Positions 48,340 to 63,511 are shown, numbered from the stretch's first letter. The stretch: 64,000 nt of DNA from an uncultured candidate division Zixibacteria bacterium (GCA_963801605.1 CAWDFP010000006.1:1440001-1504000), one strand, 5' to 3'. The notes: generated from the letters alone by a model not told the origin. Translations and numbers: made by a program.

Positions 48340-48664
48340 ATGACAGCAAAGAAATTTCTTCATCATCCATTCAAAGGGCCTTACTGATAAAGCCAACGAA
48401 CTGGCAGGCAGGCTTCGCGCTGACGGCCATGAAGTTTATGTGCCCGGAATCCAAACCAAGCAGGACACCGATGAGCTCACCATCTGCACCGCCAATCGCG
48501 AGGCAATGAGCCGCGCTGATGAGGTTCGCGTCATTTGGGATGGCACCTCGCATGGCGTGATTTTCGATTTGGGTATGGCCTTTGCCATGAACAGACCGAT
48601 CAAGCTCGAATATGTAATCCCCAAATCGATGAAGGGATTGATGGAACGCTTAAGCGGTGAATAA
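48340..48664 (+). CDS. Nucleoside 2-deoxyribosyltransferase-like small protein; +1 frameshift near 48356
   Basis: Corrected sequence MTAKKFFIIHS...LRADGHEVYVP...NREAMSRADEVRVIWDGTSHGVIFDLGMAFAMNRPI. Confidence 0.65.
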
Positions 48665-48679
48665 TAGCCAGGAGCAATT

Positions 48680-49063
48680 ATGAAACGATTACTTGTTGAT
48701 AAAATTCGCAATGCATCGACGGCATTCATGTTTTCGATTGTGGCGGCATTAATAATTGTTTCCTTATTTAATTGCAGTGATAAAAAGATTATTACTGAAA
48801 CTCCGCCCGGTATACTATTTGGGATCGTTACTGACAGCGTCACTTCGGCGCCCATTGAAAGCGCCGCCGTTTATCCTTATAATATCAACTCCGTGCCCAA
48901 ATATACCGATAGCACCGGCTATTATGCTTTTCCGCTGACACCCGTAAACGGAGTCAATGTCACTTGTTTGAAGCCCGGCTATATTGGCAAATCTTCTCTG
49001 TGCAATATCGTCTCTGCCGAATCGACACGCGTTGATTTTCAAATTGCGCCAATTTCTAAATAA
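48680..49063 (+). CDS. Lipoprotein with carboxypeptidase-regulatory-like domain
   Basis: AGGAG RBS; SLFNC lipobox; G.VTDSVT.API..A.V, TDSTGYY, KPGY. Confidence 0.75.
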   Translation: MKRLLVDKIRNASTAFMFSIVAALIIVSLFNCSDKKIITETPPGILFGIVTDSVTSAPIESAAVYPYNINSVPKYTDSTGYYAFPLTPVNGVNVTCLKPGYIGKSSLCNIVSAESTRVDFQIAPISK

Positions 49064-49183
49064 GATTCTCTTAATTATTATCTCCAATAATTTTTCTCTG
49101 CCTGACAAACTAATTATTAAAATTGTAAACGTCTTTTTCCGTCTTGACATCCGGGCCATTGAGAACTTAATTAGAGCGAAAAC

Positions 49184-49257
49184 GCGGGAGTAACTCAGTT
49201 GGCTAGAGTCACAGCCTTCCAAGCTGTTGGTCGCGGGTTCGAACCCCGTCTCCCGCT
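49184..49257 (+). tRNA. tRNA-Gly(TCC)
   Basis: GCGGGAG/CTCCCGC acceptor, ACAGC-CTTCCAA-GCTGT, GGTTCGAAC; has its own TTGACA(49144)-17-TTAATT promoter. Confidence 0.95.
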
Positions 49258-49280
49258 TTTAAAATCTACAGAAAATTTAA

Positions 49281-49535
49281 ATGCCATTCTACGTTTACAT
49301 TTTATTTAGTCAAAAAGATAACAACCTTTATATTGGCCAAACCGGAAATCTGCCCGGGCGGCTCAAAGCGCATAATGAGGGACATGTATCTTCTACTAAG
49401 AATAGAAGGCCGCTAAAGTTGGTTTATTGCGAGGAGTTTGAAACCAGAACGGAAGCTATAAAACAAGAACACCATCTTAAAAGCCCATCCGCGAGAGATT
49501 TCAAACGAGATCTGAGGAGCAACTCAGTTGGCTAG
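49281..49535 (+). CDS. Small stand-alone GIY-YIG nuclease
   Basis: FYVYIL.S......YIGQT.NL..RL..HN.G....T..RRP..LVY.E......A...E..LK. Confidence 0.92.
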   Translation: MPFYVYILFSQKDNNLYIGQTGNLPGRLKAHNEGHVSSTKNRRPLKLVYCEEFETRTEAIKQEHHLKSPSARDFKRDLRSNSVG

Positions 49536-49600
49536 AGTCATCCATCTGGATTGGTCGCGGGCCCATTTTGGGTCTTGAGATTCGAACCCCGTCTCCCGCT
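49513..49600 (+). pseudogene. Remodelled duplicate of tRNA-Gly(TCC)
   Basis: Identical D-arm (AACTCAGTTGGCTAGAGTCA), TGGTCGCGGG and TTCGAACCCCGTCTCCCGCT. Anticodon arm is replaced by ATCCATCTGGAT; 19-nt insert before the T-loop. Confidence 0.9.
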
Positions 49601-49847
49601 TTTTTATATACAAGAGCAATTTTACTTCAAGCGTACCAAAAGGGTGTTATTAATGACCATAAAAGAAACTCTTGGTGTTTGGTCATATTAAATTGCTTAA
49701 AAATACAGAAAATTTAGTGAATTTATATCAGGGCTAAATTGGCGATTTGATACGGCTTTTGCAAGAACCGGAACGCCAGTGGTTTACAAGCTAAAGCAAG
49801 CACTCTGCCAAAACCTAAAAAATTTAAAATAAAATCCAAAATTCCCC

Positions 49848-49875
49848 TTGACTTGGATTTTGGTATTTCTATATT
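49848..49875 (+). promoter_or_regulatory. sigma70 promoter for tRNA-Thr(GGT)-tuf
   Basis: TTGACT-16-TATATT with A-rich UP region. Confidence 0.6.
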
Positions 49876-49936
49876 GCAAGTTTGTTATTTTAAGGGAGTT
49901 ATCCCTTGTTAAGCTATTGGGGTGGCAATCCAAAAT

Positions 49937-50009
<73 letters not shown>

Positions 50010-50060
50010 TGTTAATGAAAAACATTTTATTTTTTTCGATTTTTACGGAGAGGACATTCG

Positions 50061-51272
50061 ATGGCCAAGCAGAAATTTGACAGGACCAAGCCGCACGTGA
50101 ACGTGGGGACGATCGGGCATGTGGATCATGGGAAGACCACATTAACGGCGGCCATCACGATGGTCTTGAATCGGAAGTTCAAGGGCGTAGCGGTCAGGGA
50201 CTTTGACAGTATTGACAACGCCCCTGAGGAGAAGGAACGCGGGATAACGATCGCGACGGCCCATGTGGAGTATGAGACTGACAAGCGGCACTATGCCCAC
50301 GTGGATTGTCCGGGGCACGCTGACTACATCAAGAACATGATCACGGGCGCAGCCCAGATGGACGGGGCTATTTTGGTGGTCTCAGCCGCCGATGGACCGA
50401 TGCCGCAGACCAGAGAGCATATCATCCTGGCTCGTCAGGTGGGAGTGCCGTATATCATCGTCTACATGAACAAGGTAGACATGGTAGACGACCCCGAGCT
50501 TCTGGACCTGGTGGAATTAGAGGTTCGTGATCTGCTGACTAAGAACGAATTCCCTGGGGACGATATCCCGGTAATTCGTGGTAGTGCGCTTCAGGCCATG
50601 ACCAAGGGAGTTGACGCCAACGTGAAGATGGACGCTCCGGAGTTTAAGTCGATTTTGGAACTTATGGAAGCAGTAGATTCCTATATCCCCGAGCCGGTTC
50701 GCGATACGGAGAAGCCGTTTTTGATGCCGGTGGAGGATGTGTTTTCGATAACGGGCCGCGGGACAGTGGGCACGGGCCGGGTGGAACGAGGCAAGGTGAA
50801 GGTAGGCGAGGAGATGGAGATCGTGGGGATCAAGCCGACTCGCAAGACGGTAGTGACGGGTGTGGAGATGTTCCGCAAGCTTCTGGACTACGCGCAGGCT
50901 GGTGACAACATTGGTTTGTTGCTTCGCGGCGTGGATAAGGAGGAGTTGGAGCGCGGGATGGTGATATCGAAACCAGGCAGCATCACACCGCATACGAAGT
51001 TTAAGGGGAACGTTTATATATTGAAGAAAGAGGAGGGTGGTCGTCACACGCCATTCTTCAACGGTTATCGTCCGCAGTTTTATTTTAGGACGACGGACGT
51101 GACGGGTATAGTGAATTTACCGAAGGACGTGGAGATGGTGATGCCGGGGGACAGTGTGACCGTAGATTGTGAGTTGATCGTACCGATAGCCATGGAGAAG
51201 GAGCTGCGTTTCGCGATTCGCGAGGGCGGCCATACCGTGGGCGCCGGCGTCGTAACCGAGATTGTAGAATAG
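50061..51272 (+). CDS. tuf: Elongation factor Tu
   Basis: [41 protein letters not shown]. Confidence 0.99.
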   Translation: MAKQKFDRTKPHVNVGTIGHVDHGKTTLTAAITMVLNRKFKGVAVRDFDSIDNAPEEKERGITIATAHVEYETDKRHYAHVDCPGHADYIKNMITGAAQMDGAILVVSAADGPMPQTREHIILARQVGVPYIIVYMNKVDMVDDPELLDLVELEVRDLLTKNEFPGDDIPVIRGSALQAMTKGVDANVKMDAPEFKSILELMEAVDSYIPEPVRDTEKPFLMPVEDVFSITGRGTVGTGRVERGKVKVGEEMEIVGIKPTRKTVVTGVEMFRKLLDYAQAGDNIGLLLRGVDKEELERGMVISKPGSITPHTKFKGNVYILKKEEGGRHTPFFNGYRPQFYFRTTDVTGIVNLPKDVEMVMPGDSVTVDCELIVPIAMEKELRFAIREGGHTVGAGVVTEIVE

Positions 51273-51282
51273 GGGTCTTTTT

Positions 51283-51435
51283 ATGCCGCGTGAGATCATA
51301 ATTCTGGCTTGCACCGAATGTAAGCGTCAAAATTATACAGATACAAAAAATAAGAAAAAACACTCTGATCGAGTTGAGTACAAAAAATATTGCAAATTCT
51401 GTGATAAACATACTCCTCATAAAGAGACCAGGTAA
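51283..51435 (+). CDS. rpmG: 50S ribosomal protein L33 (Zn-binding type; absent from the ORF track)
   Basis: [18 protein letters not shown]...[17 protein letters not shown], between tuf and tRNA-Trp. Confidence 0.96.
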   Translation: MPREIIILACTECKRQNYTDTKNKKKHSDRVEYKKYCKFCDKHTPHKETR

Positions 51436-51443
51436 GAAAATAT

Positions 51444-51516
<73 letters not shown>

Positions 51517-51541
51517 CTTAATCAAATAAAGGGAACAGAGC

Positions 51542-51739
51542 ATGTTTGACAAGGTAAAGAAATTTTTCAATGACGTTTACGTCGAGCTTCAAAAAGTGGC
51601 CTGGCCGTCCCGCGAGGAGCTAATGGGTTCCACCGCGGTCGTCATAATTATGTCTGTCATTATGGCGGCATTTGTCGGCGTCGTCGACAAAACGCTTAAT
51701 ATGATCGTTAATATAATGCTGAAGCTCGCGGGAAGTTAA
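51542..51739 (+). CDS. secE: Preprotein translocase SecE
   Basis: EL.KV.WP...EL motif, single TM, canonical position. Confidence 0.95.
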   Translation: MFDKVKKFFNDVYVELQKVAWPSREELMGSTAVVIIMSVIMAAFVGVVDKTLNMIVNIMLKLAGS

Positions 51740-51751
51740 TTTAAGGATATT

Positions 51752-52282
51752 ATGGCAAAAAAATGGTATGTAGCCCATACGTATTCGGGGCATGAAAACA
51801 AGGCGAGGAAGTACCTGGAATCCGCTGCCGAGGCTGAGGGGCTGAAAGAGCAGTTCGGTCAGATATTAGTGCCTACCGAGGAGATCGTGGAAATGCGCCA
51901 GGGGAAGCGCTCCACCTCGGTTAAAAAATTCCTGCCCAGCTACATCTTAATTGAAATGGAGCTCAACAAAGAGACTCAACACCTTGTTACCTCTACTCCC
52001 GGTATTACGAATTTCGTCGGTGCCTCCGGCAAACCGGTGGCCCTTCGCGAAAATGAAGTTAAGCGTATTCTGGCTCAAATAGATCGATCCAAGAACCGCG
52101 ATGTTCTGGATATTCCCTATAAGATCGGTGAGGCGGTTAAGGTCGTGGATGGTCCGTTTTCCGATTTTGCGGGGACTGTTAGCGAAGTCAATCCTGAGAA
52201 ACGTAAACTCAAAGTCATGGTTTCTATTTTCGGACGTCCTACCCCGGTTGAGCTCGATTATCTTCAGGTAAAAAGTCTTTAG
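51752..52282 (+). CDS. nusG: Transcription factor NusG
   Basis: WYV.HTYSG.E, KOW GPF..F.G, VSIFGR.TPVEL. Confidence 0.98.
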   Translation: MAKKWYVAHTYSGHENKARKYLESAAEAEGLKEQFGQILVPTEEIVEMRQGKRSTSVKKFLPSYILIEMELNKETQHLVTSTPGITNFVGASGKPVALRENEVKRILAQIDRSKNRDVLDIPYKIGEAVKVVDGPFSDFAGTVSEVNPEKRKLKVMVSIFGRPTPVELDYLQVKSL

Positions 52283-52305
52283 GAATATTTTTTCAAGGAG
52301 TTCTT

Positions 52306-52734
52306 GTGGCCAAGAAAGTTGTTGGCATGGTTAAATTGCAGATTACGGCTGGTAACGCCACACCTGCCCCGCCGGTTGGACCGGCTCTGGGACAACAGGG
52401 CGTTAACATCATGGAATTCTGCAAACAGTTTAATAGCCGGACTCAATCTCAAGCCGGATTGATTATTCCGGTGGTAATCACGATTTACCAGGATAAGTCG
52501 TTTACCTTTATCACTAAAACACCGCCCGCGGCCGTGCTGCTTAAAAAAGCGGCCAAGCTCGAAAAAGGCTCCGGCGAACCTAACAGAAACAAAGTCGGCA
52601 TGGTGACTCGTTCTCAGGTTAAGGAGATTGCCAAACTGAAAATGCCCGATCTCAACGCCATGGACCTCGATATGGCCGAAAGCATGGTTGCCGGTACCGC
52701 TCGCAGCATGGGTATTGACGTAATCGAAGGGTAA
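52306..52734 (+). CDS. rplK: 50S ribosomal protein L11
   Basis: [29 protein letters not shown]. Confidence 0.98.
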   Translation: MAKKVVGMVKLQITAGNATPAPPVGPALGQQGVNIMEFCKQFNSRTQSQAGLIIPVVITIYQDKSFTFITKTPPAAVLLKKAAKLEKGSGEPNRNKVGMVTRSQVKEIAKLKMPDLNAMDLDMAESMVAGTARSMGIDVIEG

Positions 52735-52852
52735 TGTTTACGGGGCAAATGTAGATTAGGTAAAACTGTTAGGAACAAATAGGGGATTAATTAGTATTTT
52801 TTTATACCATTAAGTTGGGTCGCTATGGGGAGACCCTGAGAGTAAGGAGTAT

Positions 52853-53554
52853 ATGAAACGAGGAAAAAACTATAAGGTAGCTGCCGACAAGCTTGAGGCA
52901 GGCAAAGCCTATACCCTGGGTGATGCTGTTGCGCTTATCAGGCAGATGCCGCGCGCCAAATTCGATGAAACACTCGAAGCGGCTGTGCGCTTGGGAGTAG
53001 ATCCCAAGAAGGCTGATCAGATGGTTCGGGGTACAACCGTATTGCCGCACGGAACAGGCAAAACTGTCAAAGTGCTGGTGCTGACCAAAGGCGAAAAAGC
53101 CAAAGAAGCCCAGGATGCCGGAGCCGATATGGTTGGCGCTGAGGATTACGTTGAGAAAATTCAGGGCGGATGGGCTGATGTTGATGTCATCATCGCCACC
53201 CCCGATATGATGGGCCAGGTTGGCAAGCTGGGTAAAATCCTGGGTCCCAAAAAGCTCATGCCAAATCCCAAATCGGGCACCGTCACTATGGATATCGCTA
53301 AAGCCATCAAGGCGGTTAAGGCGGGCAAGATAGAATATCGCGTCGATAAAACCGGAAATATTCAGGCCGGATTGGGCAAGGTATCATTTTCCGATGAGGC
53401 GCTTGTGGAAAATGCCAGAACATTTTTTACCGCGATCATGAAAGCCAAGCCGTCGACAGCCAAGGGCACTTATTTGAGGAGCGCAACTTTATGCTCTACT
53501 ATGGGCCCCGGTATCAAACTGGACGTTAATGAAATAAGCGCGTTGGGCAAGTAA
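52853..53554 (+). CDS. rplA: 50S ribosomal protein L1
   Basis: [27 protein letters not shown]. Confidence 0.98.
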   Translation: MKRGKNYKVAADKLEAGKAYTLGDAVALIRQMPRAKFDETLEAAVRLGVDPKKADQMVRGTTVLPHGTGKTVKVLVLTKGEKAKEAQDAGADMVGAEDYVEKIQGGWADVDVIIATPDMMGQVGKLGKILGPKKLMPNPKSGTVTMDIAKAIKAVKAGKIEYRVDKTGNIQAGLGKVSFSDEALVENARTFFTAIMKAKPSTAKGTYLRSATLCSTMGPGIKLDVNEISALGK

Positions 53555-53567
53555 AGGCAGGATTAAA

Positions 53568-54086
53568 GTGGATAAAAAGCAAAAAGAACAGGAATTGGCC
53601 AGCTTAAAAGAGAAGATGGCGTTAGCCAATCAGATCGTAGTGGCCGATCACACCGGTATCAATGTGGCCGACTTGACCCTTCTGCGCCGTAAGCTTAGAG
53701 AAGCCAAAAGCGAGTTTCGGGTTACAAAAAATACGTTGCTTAAACTGGCCATTAAAGACACCGATCTCAAGGATCTCGAAAAACACTTCAGCGGTCCGAC
53801 TGCGATCATTTTCGGTTATGATGATCCCTCGGTTCCGGCTAAGATCGTTTACGATTCCATCAAAGAGTCTGAAAAACCAAGGTTTAAGGCTTATTTCCTG
53901 AATGGCAAGGTCTATGGAATCGATACCCTCAAGAAGATCGCCGAACTCCCGCCGAAACCTATAGTCCAGGCAATCTTGATCGGTACTCTTCAGGGACCCA
54001 TCGTACAGTTCATTATGGTATTAGAGGCCGCATCCAGAGAATTTATTGGAACCCTGGACGCCTTGGCCAAGAAAAAAGCGGAATAA
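53568..54086 (+). CDS. rplJ: 50S ribosomal protein L10
   Basis: G..V..L..LR, KNTL, GPTA; position between rplA and rplL. Confidence 0.93.
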   Translation: MDKKQKEQELASLKEKMALANQIVVADHTGINVADLTLLRRKLREAKSEFRVTKNTLLKLAIKDTDLKDLEKHFSGPTAIIFGYDDPSVPAKIVYDSIKESEKPRFKAYFLNGKVYGIDTLKKIAELPPKPIVQAILIGTLQGPIVQFIMVLEAASREFIGTLDALAKKKAE

Positions 54087-54219
54087 CGGATATCGGTCTC
54101 AACGGAGCTTCTAAGCCGTCTTGGGAAGGACGGTTTCCGACATGAGATCGAAATGTAAATATTGAATTTGAAACAATAAACAATTCGGCGTTTTGCCGAA
54201 TCAAGCGAGGTAATACGAA

Positions 54220-54603
54220 ATGAGTGACAAGATTCAACAAGCATTTGATATCATCAAAGAGATGACCGTGGTCGAGCTTTCCGATCTATCCAAGAAAATG
54301 CAGGAAGAGTTTGGCGTTACCCCGGCTGCTGCCGCGCCCGTTATGATGGCTGGCGGCGGTGCCGCTGGTGGAGCCGCAGTTGCTGAAGAAAAGACCGATT
54401 TTGACGTAGTGCTCGAAAATGCCGGCGCCAAAAAGATTCAGGTCATCAAAGTCGTCCGTGAGCTCACCAATCTCGGCTTGAAGGAAGCCAAGGATTTGGT
54501 AGAGGGTGCTCCCAAGGCTGTTAAAGAGGGTGTTCCTCGTGAAGAGGCAGAGGCGGCCAAGGCCAAGTTGGAGGAAGCCGGAGCGACCATTATACTTAAG
54601 TAA
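54220..54603 (+). CDS. rplL: 50S ribosomal protein L7/L12
   Basis: EEKT.F.V.L, KI.VIK.VR....LGLKEAK.LVE. Confidence 0.98.
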   Translation: MSDKIQQAFDIIKEMTVVELSDLSKKMQEEFGVTPAAAAPVMMAGGGAAGGAAVAEEKTDFDVVLENAGAKKIQVIKVVRELTNLGLKEAKDLVEGAPKAVKEGVPREEAEAAKAKLEEAGATIILK

Positions 54604-54669
54604 AACGACCCCATCGGGTTCTTATATTTTATAAACCGCGGGGATTATCTATTTCCGCAGGAGGTTTTT

Positions 54670-58451
<3,782 letters not shown>

Positions 58452-58493
58452 TTAACGGTTCCTTTTGGAGCCATTTAAGATAAGGAGACTTTC

Positions 58494-61400
58494 GTGGTCG
58501 ATCCTTTTGCAAAAAACCAAAGAAAACCTTCGGACTTTCAGGCGATGAGAATAAAAATCGCCTCTCCGGAGGTTATTAAATCCTGGTCTTACGGCGAGGT
58601 TACCAAACCGGAAACGATCAATTATCGCAGTTTTAAGCCGGAGAAAGACGGCCTCTTCTGCGAGAGAATTTTCGGCCCTGTCAAAGATTGGGAATGCAAT
58701 TGCGGAAAATATAAGAGAATCCGTTTCCGCGGTATCGTCTGCGATCGTTGCGGAGTGGAAGTTACCCAGTCAAAGGTGCGCCGGGAAAGAATGGGCCATA
58801 TCGATCTGGCGGTTCCGGTAACTCATATCTGGTTTTCTCATTCGCTTCCGTCCCGTATCGGTTATTTGCTCGATCTCACTGTCAGAGAGCTGGAGCGGAT
58901 TATCTACTACCAGTCTTATATTGTTATCGATCCGGGTAATACCTCGCTTAAGAAGATGGAAATCATCTCTGAAGATCAATACTACGAACTGGAAGAAGGC
59001 GGAAAACAGTTTATCGCCAAGATGGGCGCCGAGGCAATCCGCGACTTGTTGCGCGGCTTGGATATCGAGGAATTGGCTGTATCATTACGCGCTCAGGTTA
59101 AAGTTGAGACCTCCGTTCAAAGAAAAAAGGACACTCTTAAGCGCCTCCGCGTTATCGAGGCCTTTCGTCAATCGCAAAATAAACCGGAGTGGATGGTTCT
59201 TGAGGTAATTCCGGTTATTCCGCCTGATCTTCGTCCTCTGGTGCCGCTCGAGGGTGGACGTTTTGCCACCTCCGATCTCAACGACCTTTATAGAAGGGTG
59301 ATAAATAGAAATAACAGGCTCAAAAAGCTGATCGAAATAAAGGCTCCCGAAGTAATCTTGAGAAACGAAAAAAGAATGCTTCAGGAGGCAGTTGACGCCC
59401 TCTTTGATAACGGTCGCAGATCTCGTTCTGTTCGAGGCGATTCCAAACGCCCGCTCAAATCGCTCTCCGATCTTCTCAAAGGCAAGCAGGGCAGATTCCG
59501 CCAAAACTTGTTGGGCAAGAGAGTTGATTATTCCGGCCGTTCGGTAATCGTGGTTGGTCCGGAGCTTAAGCTCAATCAGTGCGGCCTGCCGAAGAATATG
59601 GCTCTGGAGCTTTTCAAGCCGTTTATCATCCACAAGCTTGAGGAGAAGGGTTTTGTTCAAACCGTAAAATCTGCCAAGAGACTGGTGGAGCGGGAGAGAC
59701 CTGAAGTTTGGGATATTCTCGAAGAGATCATTAAGGACCATCCGGTACTTCTCAACCGTGCTCCGACTCTGCACCTTCTGGGTATTCAGGCGTTTTACCC
59801 GGTGCTGGTTGAAGGTAAAGCCATCAGACTGCATCCTCTGGTCTGCGCCGCCTTCAACGCCGACTTTGACGGTGACCAGATGGCAGTTCACGTGCCGTTA
59901 TCTTTCGAAGCCCAGCTCGAAGCTCGCATTTTGATGCTTGCCACCAGCAATCTGCTCCAGCCTTCGTCCGGCAAACCAATAGCAATCCCATCGCAGGATA
60001 TGGTTATCGGTTGCTACTACCTGACCAAGGAGAGGAAAAGCGATAAAGAAATCGGACTTGTGGTAAGAGGCGAGGGTATGGTCTTCGGCTCGGCCGACGA
60101 TGTAGTTTATGCTTATTCGGTTGAAGCCATAGACCTTCATGCTCCGATCAAGCTCATAATTCCGGGACGCAAAAAACCGCTTGAGACTACTGTTGGACGT
60201 GTTATTTTCAATCAGATAATTCCCAAAGAGCTTGGTTACTTCAACAAAGTTGCTTCCAAAGGTGAACTTGAAAAATTAGTTTCCGAGGCTCACAGGCTTT
60301 TGGGAAATGATGTTACCGCCGTGTTTTTGGATAATCTTAAAAATATCGGTTTTGAATATGCCACCAAAGGCGGTGTCACCGTGGGTATCGATGATATCTT
60401 AGTTCCTCCTGAAAAAGAGAAACTCATCAAAGAGGCCAACGATGAAATTAAGCGCATTCATAAACAGTATGATAAAGGCGCTATCACCAATGGTGAACGT
60501 TACAATAAGGTCATCGATACCTGGACTCGTACCACTAACGAGGTCGCTCGCGCTCTCTTTGACAGAATCGCCAAAGTCGACCAGGGATTCAATCCGGTTT
60601 ACATGATGGCCGATTCCGGCGCTCGTGGTTCGAGAGACCAGGTCAGTCAGTTGGCCGGTATGCGCGGTTTGATGGCCAAACCCCAAAAGAGAATGACCGG
60701 TCAAATCGGTGAAATTATCGAGTCGCCAATTACCGCCAACTTCCGCGAGGGGTTGACTGTGTTGGAGTACTTCATCTCAACGCACGGCGCCAGAAAAGGT
60801 CTGGCCGATACCGCTCTGAAAACCGCCGACGCCGGTTACCTGACCCGCCGTTTGGTTGACGTGGCGCAGGATGTCATCATCAATGAAATAGATTGTGGCA
60901 CGATTCTGGGCCTCGATATCGGAGCCTTGAAAGAGGGCGAGGAAATTATCGAGCCGCTCCGCGACCGTATTTTGGGACGTGTAGCCCTGACAGATATTTA
61001 CAATCCGATGAATAACGACGAAATAATCGTCGAAGCCGGACGAGAAATCGATGAGGCCGCCGCCACGGCTATCGAGGAATCCGGTGTTGATAAAGTGCCG
61101 ATTCGCTCAGTTTTAACCTGCGAATCACGCCGCGGAGTCTGCGAAAAATGCTATGGACGAAATCTCGGTACCGGCCGTATGGTGAACCTGGGCGAGGCAG
61201 TGGGCGTTATAGCCGCTCAATCGATCGGCGAGCCGGGCACTCAGCTTACTCTTAGAACCTTCCACATCGGCGGTACGGCGGCAGTTATATCGGAACAGTC
61301 CAAGATTACCGCTAAGGCTTCCGGTAAGGTCGTAATAACCAAGGTTAAAAGCGTGCCTGTCGAGGGAACGAACGATCATATCGCTGTCTCTCGTGATGGC

Positions 61401-62585
61401 GAACTCGAAGTCGTTGATGATGAAGGAAAAACCAGGCATCGCTCCAGCATTCCTTACGGTTGTGTCCTCAAGGTTCGTGCTGGTCAGATGGTTGAAAAGG
61501 ATGATATCCTCTTCGAATGGGATCCGCATACCAATACGATCCTGACCGAAAAATCAGGAACTATCGAATATGTGGATATTATCGAAAACGTCACCTACCG
61601 CGAGGAACTCGATGAATCCACCGGCCTTTCTGCCAGGGTTATCATCGAGCAGCGCGAGAAGGCCCTTCGTCCGCATATCGCCATTATCGATCCGAAAGGC
61701 AAGAGGCTTGCCAATTACTCGATTCCCACCGGCGCTCACCTCTCAGTGAAAGATGGCGATGAAATCAAAGCCGGCCAGATGCTGGTTAAGATTCCGCGCG
61801 AGATTTATAAAACCAAGGATATCACCGGCGGTTTGCCCAGAGTGGCTGAATTGTTCGAGGCTCGTCATCCCAAGGATCCGGCCGTAGTATCGGAAATCGA
61901 TGGCACCATCGAATACGGTAAAATTGTCAGAGGCAATCAGCAGATTCTCGTTCACGGCGAACATGGCGAGAGCAAAGAATACCTTGTCCCGCACGGCAAG
62001 CACATGTTGATTCATGATACAGATCAGATTCTGGCAGGCGACAGGCTTTGCGAGGGTCCGATCGATCCTCATGATATTTTGCGTATCAAAGGCTCCGAGG
62101 CTGTCCAGGGATATCTGGTTAACGAAATCCAGGGAGTCTATCGGTTACAGGGCGTGAAGATTAACGATAAGCATATCGAGGTCATCGTGCGCCAGGTACT
62201 GCAGAAAGTCCGCATCCTGGATCCCGGCGATACCAATTTCCTTGAAGGCGAACAGGCCGATAAGATTCGCGTCGTCGATGAAAATAACCGCGTGATTCAA
62301 GAGGGCGGCAACCCGGCCACCTACGATCCTCTCTTGCTGGGTATTACCAAGGCTTCGCTCTCTACCGATAGCTTTATTTCGGCGGCCTCATTCCAGGAAA
62401 CTACCAGGGTATTGACCGAGGCTTCTATCAACGGCAAGATCGATGGTCTGCTGGGATTGAAGGAAAACGTCATCATCGGCAGACTGATTCCGGCTGGAAC
62501 CGGCCTCGAATATTACAATAGCGTCGACGTTGTAGAGGAAGAAGAGCCCGAGACAACTGAGAAAAAGATAGAAACGGTTGGATGA
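58494..62585 (+). CDS. rpoC: RNA polymerase beta' subunit
   Basis: Zn-finger cysteines, [32 protein letters not shown]. Confidence 0.99.
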   Translation: MVDPFAKNQRKPSDFQAMRIKIASPEVIKSWSYGEVTKPETINYRSFKPEKDGLFCERIFGPVKDWECNCGKYKRIRFRGIVCDRCGVEVTQSKVRRERMGHIDLAVPVTHIWFSHSLPSRIGYLLDLTVRELERIIYYQSYIVIDPGNTSLKKMEIISEDQYYELEEGGKQFIAKMGAEAIRDLLRGLDIEELAVSLRAQVKVETSVQRKKDTLKRLRVIEAFRQSQNKPEWMVLEVIPVIPPDLRPLVPLEGGRFATSDLNDLYRRVINRNNRLKKLIEIKAPEVILRNEKRMLQEAVDALFDNGRRSRSVRGDSKRPLKSLSDLLKGKQGRFRQNLLGKRVDYSGRSVIVVGPELKLNQCGLPKNMALELFKPFIIHKLEEKGFVQTVKSAKRLVERERPEVWDILEEIIKDHPVLLNRAPTLHLLGIQAFYPVLVEGKAIRLHPLVCAAFNADFDGDQMAVHVPLSFEAQLEARILMLATSNLLQPSSGKPIAIPSQDMVIGCYYLTKERKSDKEIGLVVRGEGMVFGSADDVVYAYSVEAIDLHAPIKLIIPGRKKPLETTVGRVIFNQIIPKELGYFNKVASKGELEKLVSEAHRLLGNDVTAVFLDNLKNIGFEYATKGGVTVGIDDILVPPEKEKLIKEANDEIKRIHKQYDKGAITNGERYNKVIDTWTRTTNEVARALFDRIAKVDQGFNPVYMMADSGARGSRDQVSQLAGMRGLMAKPQKRMTGQIGEIIESPITANFREGLTVLEYFISTHGARKGLADTALKTADAGYLTRRLVDVAQDVIINEIDCGTILGLDIGALKEGEEIIEPLRDRILGRVALTDIYNPMNNDEIIVEAGREIDEAAATAIEESGVDKVPIRSVLTCESRRGVCEKCYGRNLGTGRMVNLGEAVGVIAAQSIGEPGTQLTLRTFHIGGTAAVISEQSKITAKASGKVVITKVKSVPVEGTNDHIAVSRDGELEVVDDEGKTRHRSSIPYGCVLKVRAGQMVEKDDILFEWDPHTNTILTEKSGTIEYVDIIENVTYREELDESTGLSARVIIEQREKALRPHIAIIDPKGKRLANYSIPTGAHLSVKDGDEIKAGQMLVKIPREIYKTKDITGGLPRVAELFEARHPKDPAVVSEIDGTIEYGKIVRGNQQILVHGEHGESKEYLVPHGKHMLIHDTDQILAGDRLCEGPIDPHDILRIKGSEAVQGYLVNEIQGVYRLQGVKINDKHIEVIVRQVLQKVRILDPGDTNFLEGEQADKIRVVDENNRVIQEGGNPATYDPLLLGITKASLSTDSFISAASFQETTRVLTEASINGKIDGLLGLKENVIIGRLIPAGTGLEYYNSVDVVEEEEPETTEKKIETVG

Positions 62586-62592
62586 AAAGGGC

Positions 62593-62620
62593 TTGACAAA
62601 AGGAAATTTAAGAATATTTT
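62593..62620 (+). promoter_or_regulatory. sigma70 promoter of the str operon
   Basis: TTGACA-16-TATTTT between rpoC and rpsL. Confidence 0.55.
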
Positions 62621-62653
62621 AGTAGTCTGTATTTTTTTAGAACGGGAGGTTGT

Positions 62654-63028
62654 TTGCCAACGATCAATCAATTGATCAGGATAGGTCGAAAGAAAGTCAC
62701 TGAAAAACCGAAGACGCCGGCTCTGGGGAGCAGCCCTCAAAAAAGAGGAGTCTGCACCAGAGTGTATACTTCAACTCCGAAGAAGCCGAATTCCGCGTTA
62801 CGCAAAGTTGCGCGCGTCAGGCTGACCAACGGCATCGAGGTTACTTCATATATACCTGGTGAAGGACATAACCTCCAGGAACACTCTATCGTTCTAATCA
62901 GGGGCGGAAGAGTTAAGGACCTGCCCGGTGTGCGCTATCACATCATCAGAGGGACATTAGACACGGCAGGTGTCGCCGACCGTAAGAAGAGTAGATCGAA
63001 ATATGGGGTCAAGAGGCCCAGAAAATAG
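62654..63028 (+). CDS. rpsL: 30S ribosomal protein S12
   Basis: [24 protein letters not shown] start after GGAGG. Confidence 0.99.
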   Translation: MPTINQLIRIGRKKVTEKPKTPALGSSPQKRGVCTRVYTSTPKKPNSALRKVARVRLTNGIEVTSYIPGEGHNLQEHSIVLIRGGRVKDLPGVRYHIIRGTLDTAGVADRKKSRSKYGVKRPRK

Positions 63029-63040
63029 TTCGAGGTTGCT

Positions 63041-63511
63041 TTGCCGAGAAGAAAGAGAATAATTAAAAAAGAGAGGGTGCCCGACCAGCGTTTTGGTTCA
63101 CCCGTAGTGACGCAGTTTATCAACGGTTTAATGCGCCGCGGTAAGAAATCGACCGCCGAGGGAATCTTCTATGATGCCGTCGAATCAGTTGGTCAGAAAA
63201 CCGGCCAGATCGGCATCGAGGTTTTCCAGAAAGCGCTTAACAATGTTAAGCCCATGCTCGAAGTAAGATCCCGCCGGGTCGGTGGCGCCAACTATCAGAT
63301 TCCGGTCGAGGTTAGACCGGCCAGACGAACCGCGTTGGCGATTCGCTGGATGATAGGTTATGCCAAGAGCCGTCCCGAGCGCACTATGGCCGAAAAACTG
63401 GCGACCGAAATTATTGCAGCCTCTCGCAATGAAGGCGCGGCCATCAAGAAAAAAGAAGACACTCACAAGATGGCTGAGGCGAACAAGGCGTTCGCTCATT
63501 TTAGATGGTAG
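63041..63511 (+). CDS. rpsG: 30S ribosomal protein S7
   Basis: [24 protein letters not shown]. Confidence 0.99.
   Translation: MPRRKRIIKKERVPDQRFGSPVVTQFINGLMRRGKKSTAEGIFYDAVESVGQKTGQIGIEVFQKALNNVKPMLEVRSRRVGGANYQIPVEVRPARRTALAIRWMIGYAKSRPERTMAEKLATEIIAASRNEGAAIKKKEDTHKMAEANKAFAHFRW

Noticed and set aside
48031..48509. ORFs overlapping tRNA-Thr and tRNA-Tyr
   Set aside because: These are shadow translations of tRNA genes. Only the 3' frame from about 48357 belongs to the NDT-like gene.
59085..59891. Long antisense ORFs (also 26105-26656, 50517-51047, 57041-57523 and others)
   Set aside because: They lie opposite well-supported genes and are explained by codon bias.
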